Positions 27,641 through 37,405 of a stretch of 64,000 nucleotides of DNA are shown in pieces (the stretch's first letter is position 1; each line of letters opens with the position of its first letter). The DNA comes from a virus (Duplodnaviria; Caudoviricetes). A model generated the notes under the pieces. That model was not told the DNA's origin. It did not search any database and saw only the letters and a list, made by a program, of their open reading frames with translations. The DNA lies in the IMG/VR virus record IMGVR_UViG_3300033066_000811, positions 2,705 through 66,704 of that record. The stretch is one strand, 5' to 3'. The translations under genes and the position numbers were made by a program.

Positions 27641-28181
27641 CTACGAAAGAAGTATCTGTAAAAAACTTTCACTGTGGTTAAGCAACGGTCAATCTGATGA
27701 TTACTTCTGGAGGTCTTCAAACTCTGGAGGCAGAGCAACAGTCAGAAATAGAAAAGGAAAAGGTACAAGAGGACATGCCGGGGATGTTGTTGGAACTCAC
27801 CCGATAGGAGAGAGATTCCTTGACAGCTTTACTCTGGAACTGAAACACGGATACAGCAGATACAGTCCATTTGATCTTATTGACAGTATGGGAAACCTGA
27901 ATGCCCATCAGTACAGAAGATGGATTAAGCAGGCAAGGTCTTCTCAGAAAATAGCAGGAAGCAGGTCATGGATGATTATTCACAGACGGAACTTCAAGAA
28001 AGACATGGTTTACTTTCCAGAGAAACGGAATGCTGCTTTCCTTTTAAGCATTGAAGACTTTCCTTACTGTATCCTCAAGTGGGGAAAGATAAAGATAGTT
28101 GGAATGTCACTTGATAGCTTCATGAAACTTCTTGACAAAAACAGGAGTAAGATGATATGGCTAAAACAAGAAAAAAGTTAG
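27618..28181 (+). CDS. Holliday junction resolvase (Hjc-like PD-(D/E)xK)
   Basis: KGSSYERSICKKL, RSSNSGG, AGDV, LELKHG. Confidence 0.75.
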   Translation: MAKGKGSSYERSICKKLSLWLSNGQSDDYFWRSSNSGGRATVRNRKGKGTRGHAGDVVGTHPIGERFLDSFTLELKHGYSRYSPFDLIDSMGNLNAHQYRRWIKQARSSQKIAGSRSWMIIHRRNFKKDMVYFPEKRNAAFLLSIEDFPYCILKWGKIKIVGMSLDSFMKLLDKNRSKMIWLKQEKS

Positions 28182-28399
28182 TCGAGTTCTATCATGGACC
28201 TTTTGACGGAAGAAAACAAACTGTTGAAGTTGATTTTCTTCCAGACCCTTTCATTATCATGATTAACCATACTTATGTTTCCGCAGAAGGGTCAAATATA
28301 ACAAAAGCATTCAAGTACGTTATGGACAATTCCACATACGAAACAGATAAATGGAAATACTATCATGAAGGAAACTTTCCCGCGAGAAAATCTGTATAG
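28157..28399 (+). CDS. hypothetical protein
   Basis: 80-aa ORF; FYHGPFDG motif. Confidence 0.5.
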   Translation: MAKTRKKLVEFYHGPFDGRKQTVEVDFLPDPFIIMINHTYVSAEGSNITKAFKYVMDNSTYETDKWKYYHEGNFPARKSV

Positions 28400-28462
28400 G
28401 ATAGGGTGTTTCATTTATGTCTTAATCCTCTGCTGCATAGCAGCATACAAAATGAGTCGATT

Positions 28463-29062
28463 ATGAAAGGTAAAAACTTTTCCTGTAACAATGCTACAGG
28501 GAAAAGAAAAAAGTCTGATTTTTATGAAACACCTTATTCATTAACCAGACTTCTTTTGAAAGATAATTCCTTCAAATATGACTTCAATGATAAAAGACTG
28601 ACTATTCTGGAGCCTGCGTGTGGGAATGGTGCAATATCAAAAGTTCTCAAAAAGAAACTAGACTCCAAAATAGTTGAGTATGACATACAGCAGGGGAGAG
28701 ATTTTCTTAAAGAGAAAAACAAATACGACAGGATAATAACAAATCCTCCGTTTAGTCTTGCATACGAGTTCATTCAAAAAGCAAAAGAAGTGTCTAAACA
28801 GTTTTGCTTTCTTTTACCATTGTCTTATCTTCATGGAAAAGAAAGACATGATAAGATATACTGTGATGTGAAATACCCTCTTCGACATATTTTCATATTC
28901 ACACGATACCCTATGCTTGGAGACAAATTGAGAAAAGATGGAAAGCATAGGACAGGAATGATGGTCTATGCTTGGTTCTGGTGGGCAGAGGCTCATTACT
29001 TTGATAACCAGACATCTATCTCATGGTTAGACAATGATCCTTATGTCCTGAGAAAACGATGA
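28463..29062 (+). CDS. N6-adenine DNA methyltransferase (small, NPPF type)
   Basis: DFYETP, ILEPACGNGAI, IITNPPF. Confidence 0.85.
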   Translation: MKGKNFSCNNATGKRKKSDFYETPYSLTRLLLKDNSFKYDFNDKRLTILEPACGNGAISKVLKKKLDSKIVEYDIQQGRDFLKEKNKYDRIITNPPFSLAYEFIQKAKEVSKQFCFLLPLSYLHGKERHDKIYCDVKYPLRHIFIFTRYPMLGDKLRKDGKHRTGMMVYAWFWWAEAHYFDNQTSISWLDNDPYVLRKR

Positions 29063-30132
29063 TTAAAAAAGTTATCTGGAAAAACTTCCAGAACCATACA
29101 AAGAAAGTCATTGAGTTTGCTCCTGATGTTACTGTCATTGTTGGAGCAAGTGATAAAGGAAAGTCTGCTTTGTTCCGGGGAATCCGTTGGGTAGCTACTG
29201 GAAGACCAGTAGGAGGAAGATATGTTAAAAAAGGGAAAACAAACTGTTCTGTAAAGATCATCACTTCAGACGGAACTGTCAAACGATCAAAGAATAAAAA
29301 GACAAACTCCTATGAAGTGAATGGAAAAGTTCTGAAAGCGTTTCAGGCAAAGGTTCCACAGGAAGTCACATACATATTAGGTCTTTCAGAGATAAACTTT
29401 CAGAATCAGTTTGACGGTCCTTACTGGTTTTCTCTTTCCCCGAAACAGATTACTCTTAAACTCAATGATATTGTCAATCTATCTGAACTGGATAAAATTC
29501 AATCCAAATGTCAGAAAATGTTACGAAAGACTAAAACTGAAAAGGATTTTCTAACAGACAAAATTATTGAGGATAAGAAGGAACTGAAGTCTCTTGAATG
29601 GGTTCCTGAGTGTTATGCTGCACATAAGGAATTGAAAAACTTAAAGACAGATAAACTGGAACTGGAAGAAAAAGAAGAGAGACTATCTAAACTGTTAAAA
29701 AATCTTGTTCTTCATGAGGAACGAGTCAATCTTTATAGTCGTTTAGTATACGACTTCATAGAAGTCAATAATCTTTATCTCACTATCATTCACAATGAAC
29801 AGAAAGAAAAGAAAATTAAATCTACTCTGAAAAACTTCAAAGGAACTGACTTGACTCCAGTTGATTTCTCAGAGGTTCAGAAATTAAGAGAAGAATGTGA
29901 CAAACTGGCAAATAAGGAATCCCGGTTAGTTATTCTCCGCGATTCAATCATTGAAACAGAGCAAGAGTTAAATACCGTATCAGACAAACTCAAACAGTTT
30001 CTAAGGAAACAGAAAAGGTGTCCATTATGTCAAAGCAAACTAAAGCCAAACCAATTGCAGTCTGTGTTTCAGATATCCACTTTACAGACGACCCTCCCAA
30101 AGCAAGAAATAAAGACAAAGACACCCTTCTGA
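29059..30132 (+). CDS. Rad50/SbcC/gp46-like ATPase, N-terminal half ending at the Zn hook
   Basis: KNFQNH, VGASDKGKSALFR Walker A, FQNQFD Q-loop, coiled coil, CPLC. Confidence 0.85.
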   Translation: MIKKVIWKNFQNHTKKVIEFAPDVTVIVGASDKGKSALFRGIRWVATGRPVGGRYVKKGKTNCSVKIITSDGTVKRSKNKKTNSYEVNGKVLKAFQAKVPQEVTYILGLSEINFQNQFDGPYWFSLSPKQITLKLNDIVNLSELDKIQSKCQKMLRKTKTEKDFLTDKIIEDKKELKSLEWVPECYAAHKELKNLKTDKLELEEKEERLSKLLKNLVLHEERVNLYSRLVYDFIEVNNLYLTIIHNEQKEKKIKSTLKNFKGTDLTPVDFSEVQKLREECDKLANKESRLVILRDSIIETEQELNTVSDKLKQFLRKQKRCPLCQSKLKPNQLQSVFQISTLQTTLPKQEIKTKTPF

Positions 30133-31058
30133 ATGACATAATCAGAAGTATGGAAATTGTTTTTACTCATGCAATGCAATTGAATGTTCCTATTTTAATT
30201 GCAGGGGATGTATTCGACAAATATAATGTAGGGAATTATACTCTTTATAAAGTCATGGATTTATTCAAACGTGCTTCCTATAATACACCCATTTATATGA
30301 CATACGGTCAACATGACCTGTATTGCCACAATTTTCTTTTAATGGACAAGACTGCTTATGGTATACTTGCTTCTCATGGAGAAGCAACTCATTTAGACAA
30401 AACAAATGCTGTTGAGGTTATTGGAACTTGTCTAATCGCTTCTCTTGGATGGGATGAAGAGTATAGTAAAGGTGTATTAAAAAATATCAGAAAACAATTG
30501 AAAGAGAAAAAAGAGTATTGTCTTGGAAAAGACATGAAAAGCATTCTGATGGTTCATAAATACATCCATAGTGGAAAGTCAGATATTCCTGATCTTCCTA
30601 AAGATGCTGATGCAAGTGTCTTTCAACAGAAGTTTGAAGGTATCTTTGATTTTATTGTCAGTGGAGACAACCATACACCTTTCGTTTCTTCCATGAAAGG
30701 TTGTCCTACTCTTGTTAATTGCGGTGGAGTGTGGAATAAGAATTTTAATGAAAAGGGAAAAGAGAGATTCTGTTATGTCTTATATGACGACGGAACAGCT
30801 TCCCCTAGACCTATCAATCTGGAACATAAAGAGCATTGGGACGCATTCTATGATTTTGAAAAGATTCCTGAGAAAGACAAAAAAAGAATAGCTCAGTTCG
30901 CCAGAGACTACAAACTTTCTTTTAATGAGATAACTGAAATAACAAAAGACAATATACAGCAAATGTTATTTTCTCAAGTCAAGACAATGAATAATGATGA
31001 ATGGAGTTCAGCACATGTCGGTTTTGCTGAAGAACTATTTAATAAGGAAGAAGAATGA
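30027..31058 (+). CDS. Mre11/SbcD/gp47-like nuclease
   Basis: VSDIH, AGDVFD, GQHD, MVH, GDNH. Confidence 0.85.
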   Translation: MSKQTKAKPIAVCVSDIHFTDDPPKARNKDKDTLLNDIIRSMEIVFTHAMQLNVPILIAGDVFDKYNVGNYTLYKVMDLFKRASYNTPIYMTYGQHDLYCHNFLLMDKTAYGILASHGEATHLDKTNAVEVIGTCLIASLGWDEEYSKGVLKNIRKQLKEKKEYCLGKDMKSILMVHKYIHSGKSDIPDLPKDADASVFQQKFEGIFDFIVSGDNHTPFVSSMKGCPTLVNCGGVWNKNFNEKGKERFCYVLYDDGTASPRPINLEHKEHWDAFYDFEKIPEKDKKRIAQFARDYKLSFNEITEITKDNIQQMLFSQVKTMNNDEWSSAHVGFAEELFNKEEE

Positions 31059-31321
31059 CAACAGTAGCGTTAGATGGTCATGAGACTCTTGCGAGAACTG
31101 TTAAAGAATATAATGACAAAGTTTCTGAATCTGCTGGAGCATTGAAGCAGTTAAAGAAAGCATTGAAAGAAGAATTTGACTGTACCAGTAAAGAACAACT
31201 GGAAGAACTGTTGTCTAAAACAAAGAAACTCAAGATGAAAAAATATAAACTCTATCTTGAGAAAAGGAAAGAGTTTGAAAAGAAATACAGGAAACAACTG
31301 GACAAGTTAAATGAATCTTAA
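31055..31321 (+). CDS. coiled-coil protein (possible middle piece of Rad50)
   Basis: Entirely helical and charged; overlaps both neighbours. Confidence 0.55.
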   Translation: MTTVALDGHETLARTVKEYNDKVSESAGALKQLKKALKEEFDCTSKEQLEELLSKTKKLKMKKYKLYLEKRKEFEKKYRKQLDKLNES

Positions 31322-31856
31322 AAAACTCAAGGACCGTTATGACGATCTTCAGAAGTTCATTGATAAGAGTATGAAGCAAAGAAAGAAACTGAAGGACAAG
31401 TTGGATGCCGGTAAAGATGTCTCTGCAATGATTCAAAGCATATCTGAGACATTGCAGAGAGAAACTTATGGAAGAATATCCGGTATTGTTACTTCTTGTC
31501 TTAATGCAGTGTTCGACGATCCTTATGAGTTTGAGATTGTAGTCCAGAAGAAAAGAAACAAGACTGAAGCTAAACTGGTTTACAGAAGAGACGGAGAAGA
31601 GTTTGATCCAATGACTGAAAGTGGGGGAGGGGTTCTGGATGTGGCAGCATTTGGATTAAGACTTGCTACGATGCGTCCCGGTATTAACGGAGTTGAGCCA
31701 GTTCTGCTTCTTGACGAACCATTCAAACATTTGTCAGAAGAATATATACCTAGAGTCAATGAACTTCTGCAAACCATGTCAAAAGAGTTCAAGTTTCAGT
31801 TTATTGTCATAACACACAATCAAGGTTTGTCAGGAACAAAGACGGTTCATATCTAA
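31311..31856 (+). CDS. Rad50/SbcC-like ATPase, C-terminal half
   Basis: Coiled coil, signature ESGGG, Walker B LLLDEP, H-loop VITH. Confidence 0.85.
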   Translation: MNLKKLKDRYDDLQKFIDKSMKQRKKLKDKLDAGKDVSAMIQSISETLQRETYGRISGIVTSCLNAVFDDPYEFEIVVQKKRNKTEAKLVYRRDGEEFDPMTESGGGVLDVAAFGLRLATMRPGINGVEPVLLLDEPFKHLSEEYIPRVNELLQTMSKEFKFQFIVITHNQGLSGTKTVHI

Positions 31857-31858
31857 AA

Positions 31859-31889
31859 GTATAGTAGTGTACAGTGTACACTACTATAC
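31859..31889. repeat. perfect 15-1-15 palindrome
   Basis: GTATAGTAGTGTACA-G-TGTACACTACTATAC. Confidence 0.95.
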
Positions 31890-32031
31890 CCCTTCTTTTA
31901 TAGTGTACAAAGTACCATCGTTTTTAATTGCGATATGGCTTTATTAGGCGAACTATTTTCAAAAAACCGATTCAGAGTACACCTACGGGGGAATTTCGCG
32001 TCCTAGGGGCCAAATTTAGGGGTAGAAAACG

Positions 32032-32080
32032 AAAAGGCCGGAAACTGAAACCCACTAGGGAACAGTTTCCGGCCTTTTTT
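32032..32080. terminator. bidirectional terminator between the convergent arms
   Basis: AAAAGGCCGGAAACTG (32032-32047)/CAGTTTCCGGCCTTTT (32063-32078). Confidence 0.8.
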
Positions 32081-32106
32081 AGTGTACATAGTGTACACTA
32101 CTATAC
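32081..32106. repeat. third copy of the 15-mer, inverted, overlapping the last virion gene's stop
   Basis: AGTGTACATAG-TGTACACTACTATAC (15-mer at 32092-32106). Confidence 0.9.
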
Positions 32107-32553
32107 AATTGGTTCGTCCATCTCCACTTCCTCCACTGTTTCAAGACTAAATTGTCCCGGAACAGGAGGAGGGAAAGTGTCAGAAGCAATAAACTCTGTC
32201 CCACTGTTGTATGGACTCTTGTTTCCAGACACATCAATTGCTCTCAGCTTGACAACACCACTTGCATCTTTGGGTACAACAAAGTCAGCAAAAGCAAGAT
32301 CGGTACTGTAGTCATCCATCTCCAGAGTGAACGGACCCTTCACTTCATCACCGGACTTATAGCTGTAGTCAATCCTCACACCCCAATTAGCATGATCCGC
32401 GGAAGTCTTGTTTGGGAAGTAGACACGCAACTTGATTCCCTGAATCATATACTCTCCTTCTATAGACAATGTTGGCGGATTAGGTGTAGGTACAAACTTA
32501 CACTCAGAAAATAATCTGCACAACCATGTCTTTAGTTTCTTGAACATGACCAT
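32101..32553 (-). CDS. FN3/Ig-like small protein
   Basis: PTPNPPTL...LRAIDVSGNKSP...DTFPPPVPG; start uncertain. Confidence 0.55.
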   Translation of the reverse strand: MVMFKKLKTWLCRLFSECKFVPTPNPPTLSIEGEYMIQGIKLRVYFPNKTSADHANWGVRIDYSYKSGDEVKGPFTLEMDDYSTDLAFADFVVPKDASGVVKLRAIDVSGNKSPYNSGTEFIASDTFPPPVPGQFSLETVEEVEMDEPIV

Positions 32554-32561
32554 GTTCTCTT

Positions 32562-32849
32562 TTAGATATCTGCAACAAAAAAATTGCATTTAGATGAATT
32601 ACAATTACAGGTACATACTACTCCCAGTCCTTTATCACAAACATACCATTGTTTTCTGACATCCCCTCCAATTGGAGGAGGGGCAGGTTTCCCTACATAG
32701 ATGCAGGGAAGACTTTTTTTCTTTGCTTTGGTTGTCTTGGTAACACTTTTCTTTGGATTCAGAATAGAGTTTCTGTATGCTTCGTTAGTGTCAAACAACC
32801 AGCATAGTCTGCAACCGGGAAAAGTTTCCGTATGTTTGCATTTTTTCAT
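32562..32849 (-). CDS. small Cys-rich protein
   Basis: CKH...CRLC...PCIY...CDKGLGVVCTCNCNSSKC. Confidence 0.6.
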   Translation of the reverse strand: MKKCKHTETFPGCRLCWLFDTNEAYRNSILNPKKSVTKTTKAKKKSLPCIYVGKPAPPPIGGDVRKQWYVCDKGLGVVCTCNCNSSKCNFFVADI

Positions 32850-33910
32850 CTTGTCACTGTACCTTCGATTGTTCCGTCAGGTGAAGTGACAGTGAAATCA
32901 ACAGACACAAACCCTTCTGCATCACATACAAGATTGTCCATAGTTATAGTTGTTACACCATCACTAGGTTCAATGGCACAACTATCATGAGTTGTTGCAG
33001 CAACAGGAGCAACAGGAGTAGGACAACCTGTATCATCGCCTATCACAGAAGCAGTAGCCCATTTTACAGATAGACATAAAGCACCGTCAGAATAACCATC
33101 ATCGGATGTCATTCCTGAATAATAATCTGATGGAACAGGTCTAGCACAGGATGCTTTTATATCTAATGTCCAGATATATGCCGGACATAATGCTCCTGAT
33201 GTATAAATAAACTCATTAACCTGAGTAATTGGAAAAGGATCATTAAACCAGTCAGCTACAGCACCAGTAGCATTTGTTATTGTGACATAATTCAAACTGG
33301 ATGTAGTGAACCCACATATTGAACAACCACAATCACAATTCAATAAAGCACCAGTGGATGTCAATGTTATGGTTGCAGGTATGTCAGAATAATAAGCAGT
33401 ACGGGTTAATGTCCCACCATTGACACAGAAATCATTTTTATCTGCATCAGTTGGTAAAGCCAATTCGTAAAAGGGAGGAGGATTAGACACTCCTCCTAGA
33501 AACAATCCCCATAAAAGAATGTTATCACAGTCAGCAGAATAAGTCTCTGTTCCATTATCCCAAGAATAATAATTTAATTGAGTGGCATAGAGACTTCCTA
33601 CTGTCAGCCATTCATCCCCGATATTCTCTTTCCATTGTGTTTCTCTCACACAGGAACAGACTCCGATAAGTCTTAAACGATAATACCCATCAGGTAAGTC
33701 AGGATTGGTTGAACCGGATATCTGGAATTCATAGACATCGGCTTGCTGCATTCCTTTGCAGCAGTCACAACAACCGATTGAATGAGAGTTGCAGCAATAA
33801 CATGGAGCAGGATAATCTCCATAACCAGAAGACATGATGCTATGGATATTTCCCATAGACCCGAAACCGTCACCAATAATACCTGAAGCACTGTCTTCTG
33901 TAGTAACCAT
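32846..33910 (-). CDS. Cys-rich tail-region protein
   Basis: PCYCCNSHSIGCCDCCKG, CDCGCSICG; last third of the tail operon. Confidence 0.6.
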   Translation of the reverse strand: MVTTEDSASGIIGDGFGSMGNIHSIMSSGYGDYPAPCYCCNSHSIGCCDCCKGMQQADVYEFQISGSTNPDLPDGYYRLRLIGVCSCVRETQWKENIGDEWLTVGSLYATQLNYYSWDNGTETYSADCDNILLWGLFLGGVSNPPPFYELALPTDADKNDFCVNGGTLTRTAYYSDIPATITLTSTGALLNCDCGCSICGFTTSSLNYVTITNATGAVADWFNDPFPITQVNEFIYTSGALCPAYIWTLDIKASCARPVPSDYYSGMTSDDGYSDGALCLSVKWATASVIGDDTGCPTPVAPVAATTHDSCAIEPSDGVTTITMDNLVCDAEGFVSVDFTVTSPDGTIEGTVTR

Positions 33911-35286
33911 TATAGACTTCTTTCAATTTTCACAGGTCTATTTGTTGCTGTCAAACCAACATCAAATTCCATTGCAAGAGTAGTACCATTCAATTCATAA
34001 GTGGACATTGTGATTGTACTTGCAACAGTACCGGGCCAGGTCATATGAGTTTCCTTAGACCACATCATGTACAGCATTTCAATTGGAGTAGGTTCAACAC
34101 CATCAGCAGCATAAGCCTGTGGCATAGCTACCGTGCCTTTAGCAAAGTCATAAGCACTTGTTAAGGTCTTTGGGTCACTAACAGCTTCATCTAAATAAGT
34201 ACCTATCAGATATCCTGCCGTCCCTGCCCCATACGCACCGGGAAGAGTTGTGGTCCAAGGGTCACCAGCAGAACCAGCAGCATTCAATGCTTCACCAGTA
34301 GACCCGGCTGTCAAGTGTCCTGCTATCACTTCATCCCATACAGCATCAGCAATTGCAGAAGCAGACGGTATGTCACTTACAGCAGCAGGACTGGCAGGGA
34401 GATTGTCAGTTTTTGCCTTAATAGCTGCAACTTCAGTGTCAACAGCAGCAAGTATAGCAGCTACTTCCGTGTCAACGTAAGCGACAATAGCAGCAAGCTG
34501 AGTGTCAAGATTAGCAGTAGCAAGTCCAACAGCAGTTCTGGTTCCAGCCGCATCGAGAGGAACAGTATAGGAAGCAGATGATAGTCTAGTTGAAGTAGCA
34601 ACGTCTGTTCTTGCATAGATCGCAGCAAGACCAGTAGAGTTAGAATCAATTTCTGTCCTAATAGAAGCAGCAGAGGGAGGAGCGGTATATCCAGAAGACA
34701 ACAACCAATCACCTTTACCGTTCAATGCGTTGGCAGCAATACCAGCAGCAGTCAACCATCCTGCCGTAATTGCAGGAAGATTGGTCAAGGTAGTTACTGT
34801 CGGTATTGTTACCCCGGTTTGAGTCGGTTGTAATAGAACAGCACCACTAGACAACGATATCTGTCCTGTCCCTGTTCCGCTGGACAGTAGGACACTTGCT
34901 CCGATATCCCTTGCAGTTTGAGTTGTTCCTGCAATCTTGGAAACATCGACACGACCACTACTGTCAATAACTTGATCGCTAAAGTATTGTGGGATAGGGT
35001 TAATGCGGGCCGGAGACCCAACGACTACAATGTTTGCAGTTGAAGACTTGCAGGTTATCAGGATATCGTCTGCGTTTGTTTCTGACTGCGTGATATCAAA
35101 TAAGTAATAGCCTTTAGCATTGGTCGCATCTTCTTCCGTTGCCGAAGTATCTGTCAGTGCAGTTATTGCTCCAAAGTCTTTGGAAATATATGCAGTGAGG
35201 TTAGCTGCATCTCCTGTCTTAGGTGAACTCGTTGTAGAGTCAAATGCAAACACTCTTATCTTTTGACTAGCTACGTTCTTCTTCAT
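33910..35286 (-). CDS. tail fibre/virion structural protein
   Basis: Ala/Thr-rich; repeated VDTEVAAI; AIADAVWDE motif. Confidence 0.6.
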   Translation of the reverse strand: MKKNVASQKIRVFAFDSTTSSPKTGDAANLTAYISKDFGAITALTDTSATEEDATNAKGYYLFDITQSETNADDILITCKSSTANIVVVGSPARINPIPQYFSDQVIDSSGRVDVSKIAGTTQTARDIGASVLLSSGTGTGQISLSSGAVLLQPTQTGVTIPTVTTLTNLPAITAGWLTAAGIAANALNGKGDWLLSSGYTAPPSAASIRTEIDSNSTGLAAIYARTDVATSTRLSSASYTVPLDAAGTRTAVGLATANLDTQLAAIVAYVDTEVAAILAAVDTEVAAIKAKTDNLPASPAAVSDIPSASAIADAVWDEVIAGHLTAGSTGEALNAAGSAGDPWTTTLPGAYGAGTAGYLIGTYLDEAVSDPKTLTSAYDFAKGTVAMPQAYAADGVEPTPIEMLYMMWSKETHMTWPGTVASTITMSTYELNGTTLAMEFDVGLTATNRPVKIERSL

Positions 35287-35990
35287 TAGACAATCCCTCC
35301 GATTCGTGCGACATGTTCTAAGTAATGGACAATTCCACCGGGGAGAATTGCCGTATAGGTGATAGCAACTTTCCCAGCCGCACCTGTACCACTATTTGAT
35401 GCGGTTGAACCACCGGCACCACCACCGCCTCCACCGGGGGCAGTGCCGTTTGCCATTCCTGTGTTAGTGGTTCTGTCACCACCTCGACCACCATCACCGC
35501 CACCAGAAGGGGCAGTGCCACCGGCACCACCACTTGAAGGACCAGCAATAGTCCCGGCAGTCCCGTTACTTGCTGTTCCGGCAGATGACCCACCTCCGCC
35601 ACCGGCACCGCTGACACGTCCGTTTCCTCCACTACCACCAGAGAACTTTGTCGAGCCTACTCCACTTGCAGCAGCACCACCAGTAGAACCAGCAACACCA
35701 CCTTGACCACCTTTGGCCATAATGGTTCCAGATGTATTGAAATAACTATCTCCGCCAGTTGCATTACTTCCTCCAGTCCCGACAAATACTGTGTATCCAA
35801 CTCCGGGGGTCACAGATAAGCCAGTTGACTTTGAGTATGCACCACCACCTCCTCCCCGCTGCCCTATTGTTCCTGTAACTGGTGGTCCTCCACCGCCCGC
35901 TCCCCAGCACTCCACGTCAACGGAAGTCACGCCAGCAGGACAGGTCCAAGTAAACGTCCCAGCAGTAGAATAAACGTCTGTTGTTGCCAT
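35286..35990 (-). CDS. glycine-rich virion protein
   Basis: GTFTWTCPAGVTSVDVECWGAGGGG...GAAGKVAITY. Confidence 0.75.
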   Translation of the reverse strand: MATTDVYSTAGTFTWTCPAGVTSVDVECWGAGGGGPPVTGTIGQRGGGGGAYSKSTGLSVTPGVGYTVFVGTGGSNATGGDSYFNTSGTIMAKGGQGGVAGSTGGAAASGVGSTKFSGGSGGNGRVSGAGGGGGSSAGTASNGTAGTIAGPSSGGAGGTAPSGGGDGGRGGDRTTNTGMANGTAPGGGGGGAGGSTASNSGTGAAGKVAITYTAILPGGIVHYLEHVARIGGIV

Positions 35991-35996
35991 AAGTTA

Positions 35997-36890
35997 TTAA
36001 GGGGCAGGTTCCATTGACAAGACAACTTCTGAATCTGTTCCAGCATTTGTTGTGTCAATAGAAAGTCTTGTTGTGGTATATATAAGATCACACAAGTCAG
36101 GATCAAATCCAGTTGGTAATTGAAAATCAACAAAAGACTCAATCAATGGGAAGTATATGAAATACTGGTCCCCGACATCAGGGAAAGCATCCCCATTATG
36201 TTTATATAATGGAATAGCATGTGTGACAGTAGTTCCTGTCTCATCATTTATATCAACAAGTTTAGGTCTTCTTCCACAAGATTCAGTCACATAACCGGAA
36301 GTACCATCAGTAGCACCCTGTCCATAAAGAACTCTTGGTATCTCTTCCAGAAGAGTACCTGAAGAATCTCTATATACTCTAACACAAAACCAGTCAGTAG
36401 GGTCTGAATCGTAGGTTGGTCCTTTTACAACGTGAACAATGTCATGAACAAAAGAGGTTCCGATTCCACCAGAACCTCCAGCTATCGCAGCAAACACAGG
36501 AAGAGGAATCGGATTTGGTCCTGTGTCTGCATCTATTTGTCCAACAGGAAAACCTATGTATCTACCTGAAGTCAAAGACTCTCCATTCAATGCTATAACA
36601 TGACAACCATATCCAGTGTCAGTTGTTTCCCAAGTCGGTGTGGAGGATGGGGTTGCTATGTTATAGTTGATATTACTAAAGACACCTTCCCAACGTCCTG
36701 TCGAGATAGGTGTCGAAGATGTAATTTCGATTGGAGTTAGAATAGGTGCTTCTGTCGTATTAGAAAGACCTGTAATCGGACCACCCAATTTTTCAATCGG
36801 GTTAGCTGATCCACGGAGTTCTTCAATATAACGAACAGCTTTGACAACTCTATCCCAGTCTTCTTCAGACACAGCAACCATATTTCTCAT
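35997..36890 (-). CDS. tail-region protein
   Basis: Position downstream of the tape measure gene; coupled to neighbours. Confidence 0.55.
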   Translation of the reverse strand: MRNMVAVSEEDWDRVVKAVRYIEELRGSANPIEKLGGPITGLSNTTEAPILTPIEITSSTPISTGRWEGVFSNINYNIATPSSTPTWETTDTGYGCHVIALNGESLTSGRYIGFPVGQIDADTGPNPIPLPVFAAIAGGSGGIGTSFVHDIVHVVKGPTYDSDPTDWFCVRVYRDSSGTLLEEIPRVLYGQGATDGTSGYVTESCGRRPKLVDINDETGTTVTHAIPLYKHNGDAFPDVGDQYFIYFPLIESFVDFQLPTGFDPDLCDLIYTTTRLSIDTTNAGTDSEVVLSMEPAP

Positions 36891-37390
36891 TCTGGTTGTT
36901 CTCTTAGTGTTACATTAACAATCAATCCCTGTCCAAGAGTACCAGTACCTACTGTAGCTGTGACAACTACTTCAAAGACATCCCCGTCAACGTAGGATGC
37001 TGAAGACACAGTAGCTAGTAGTTTTGCAAAAGCAGCATCACCACTGTCAAAACTGATTGTTCCAGAAAGAACAGTTGACCCGTTTTTGTATAGGTTGACA
37101 ACAATTGTTGAGTCACCAATACAAGCTACAACCAATGCTGCTTCCACTTCAACAATAGAACCAGTTCCTTTTGCAATATGAACAGGTTTTCTTTCAGTCA
37201 CTACGGCAGTACCGTGTTTCTGATTGTACTGGACTTGATGCTGATGAACTTGTTTTGTCGCTTCAAGTCTGTCACCAATAGCCGAAGAAAAGTTAGTGGT
37301 TGTTATTGATTCACTTGGGGCAGAATAAGAACTGCATTGAAACCGACCACCTACAACCAGATTCCCCGGAATGTAATTATTGTCAGCCAT
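36887..37390 (-). CDS. virion protein (beta-sandwich)
   Basis: VEVEAALVVAC...VNLYKNGSTVLS...GQGLIVNVTL. Confidence 0.55.
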   Translation of the reverse strand: MADNNYIPGNLVVGGRFQCSSYSAPSESITTTNFSSAIGDRLEATKQVHQHQVQYNQKHGTAVVTERKPVHIAKGTGSIVEVEAALVVACIGDSTIVVNLYKNGSTVLSGTISFDSGDAAFAKLLATVSSASYVDGDVFEVVVTATVGTGTLGQGLIVNVTLREQPE

Positions 37391-37405
37391 AAGAACCTTT
37401 CTTGA

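Noticed and set aside
31928-32311. 127-aa plus-strand ORF across the convergence region
   Set aside because: TTG start without an RBS; runs through the terminator and antisense into a virion gene.
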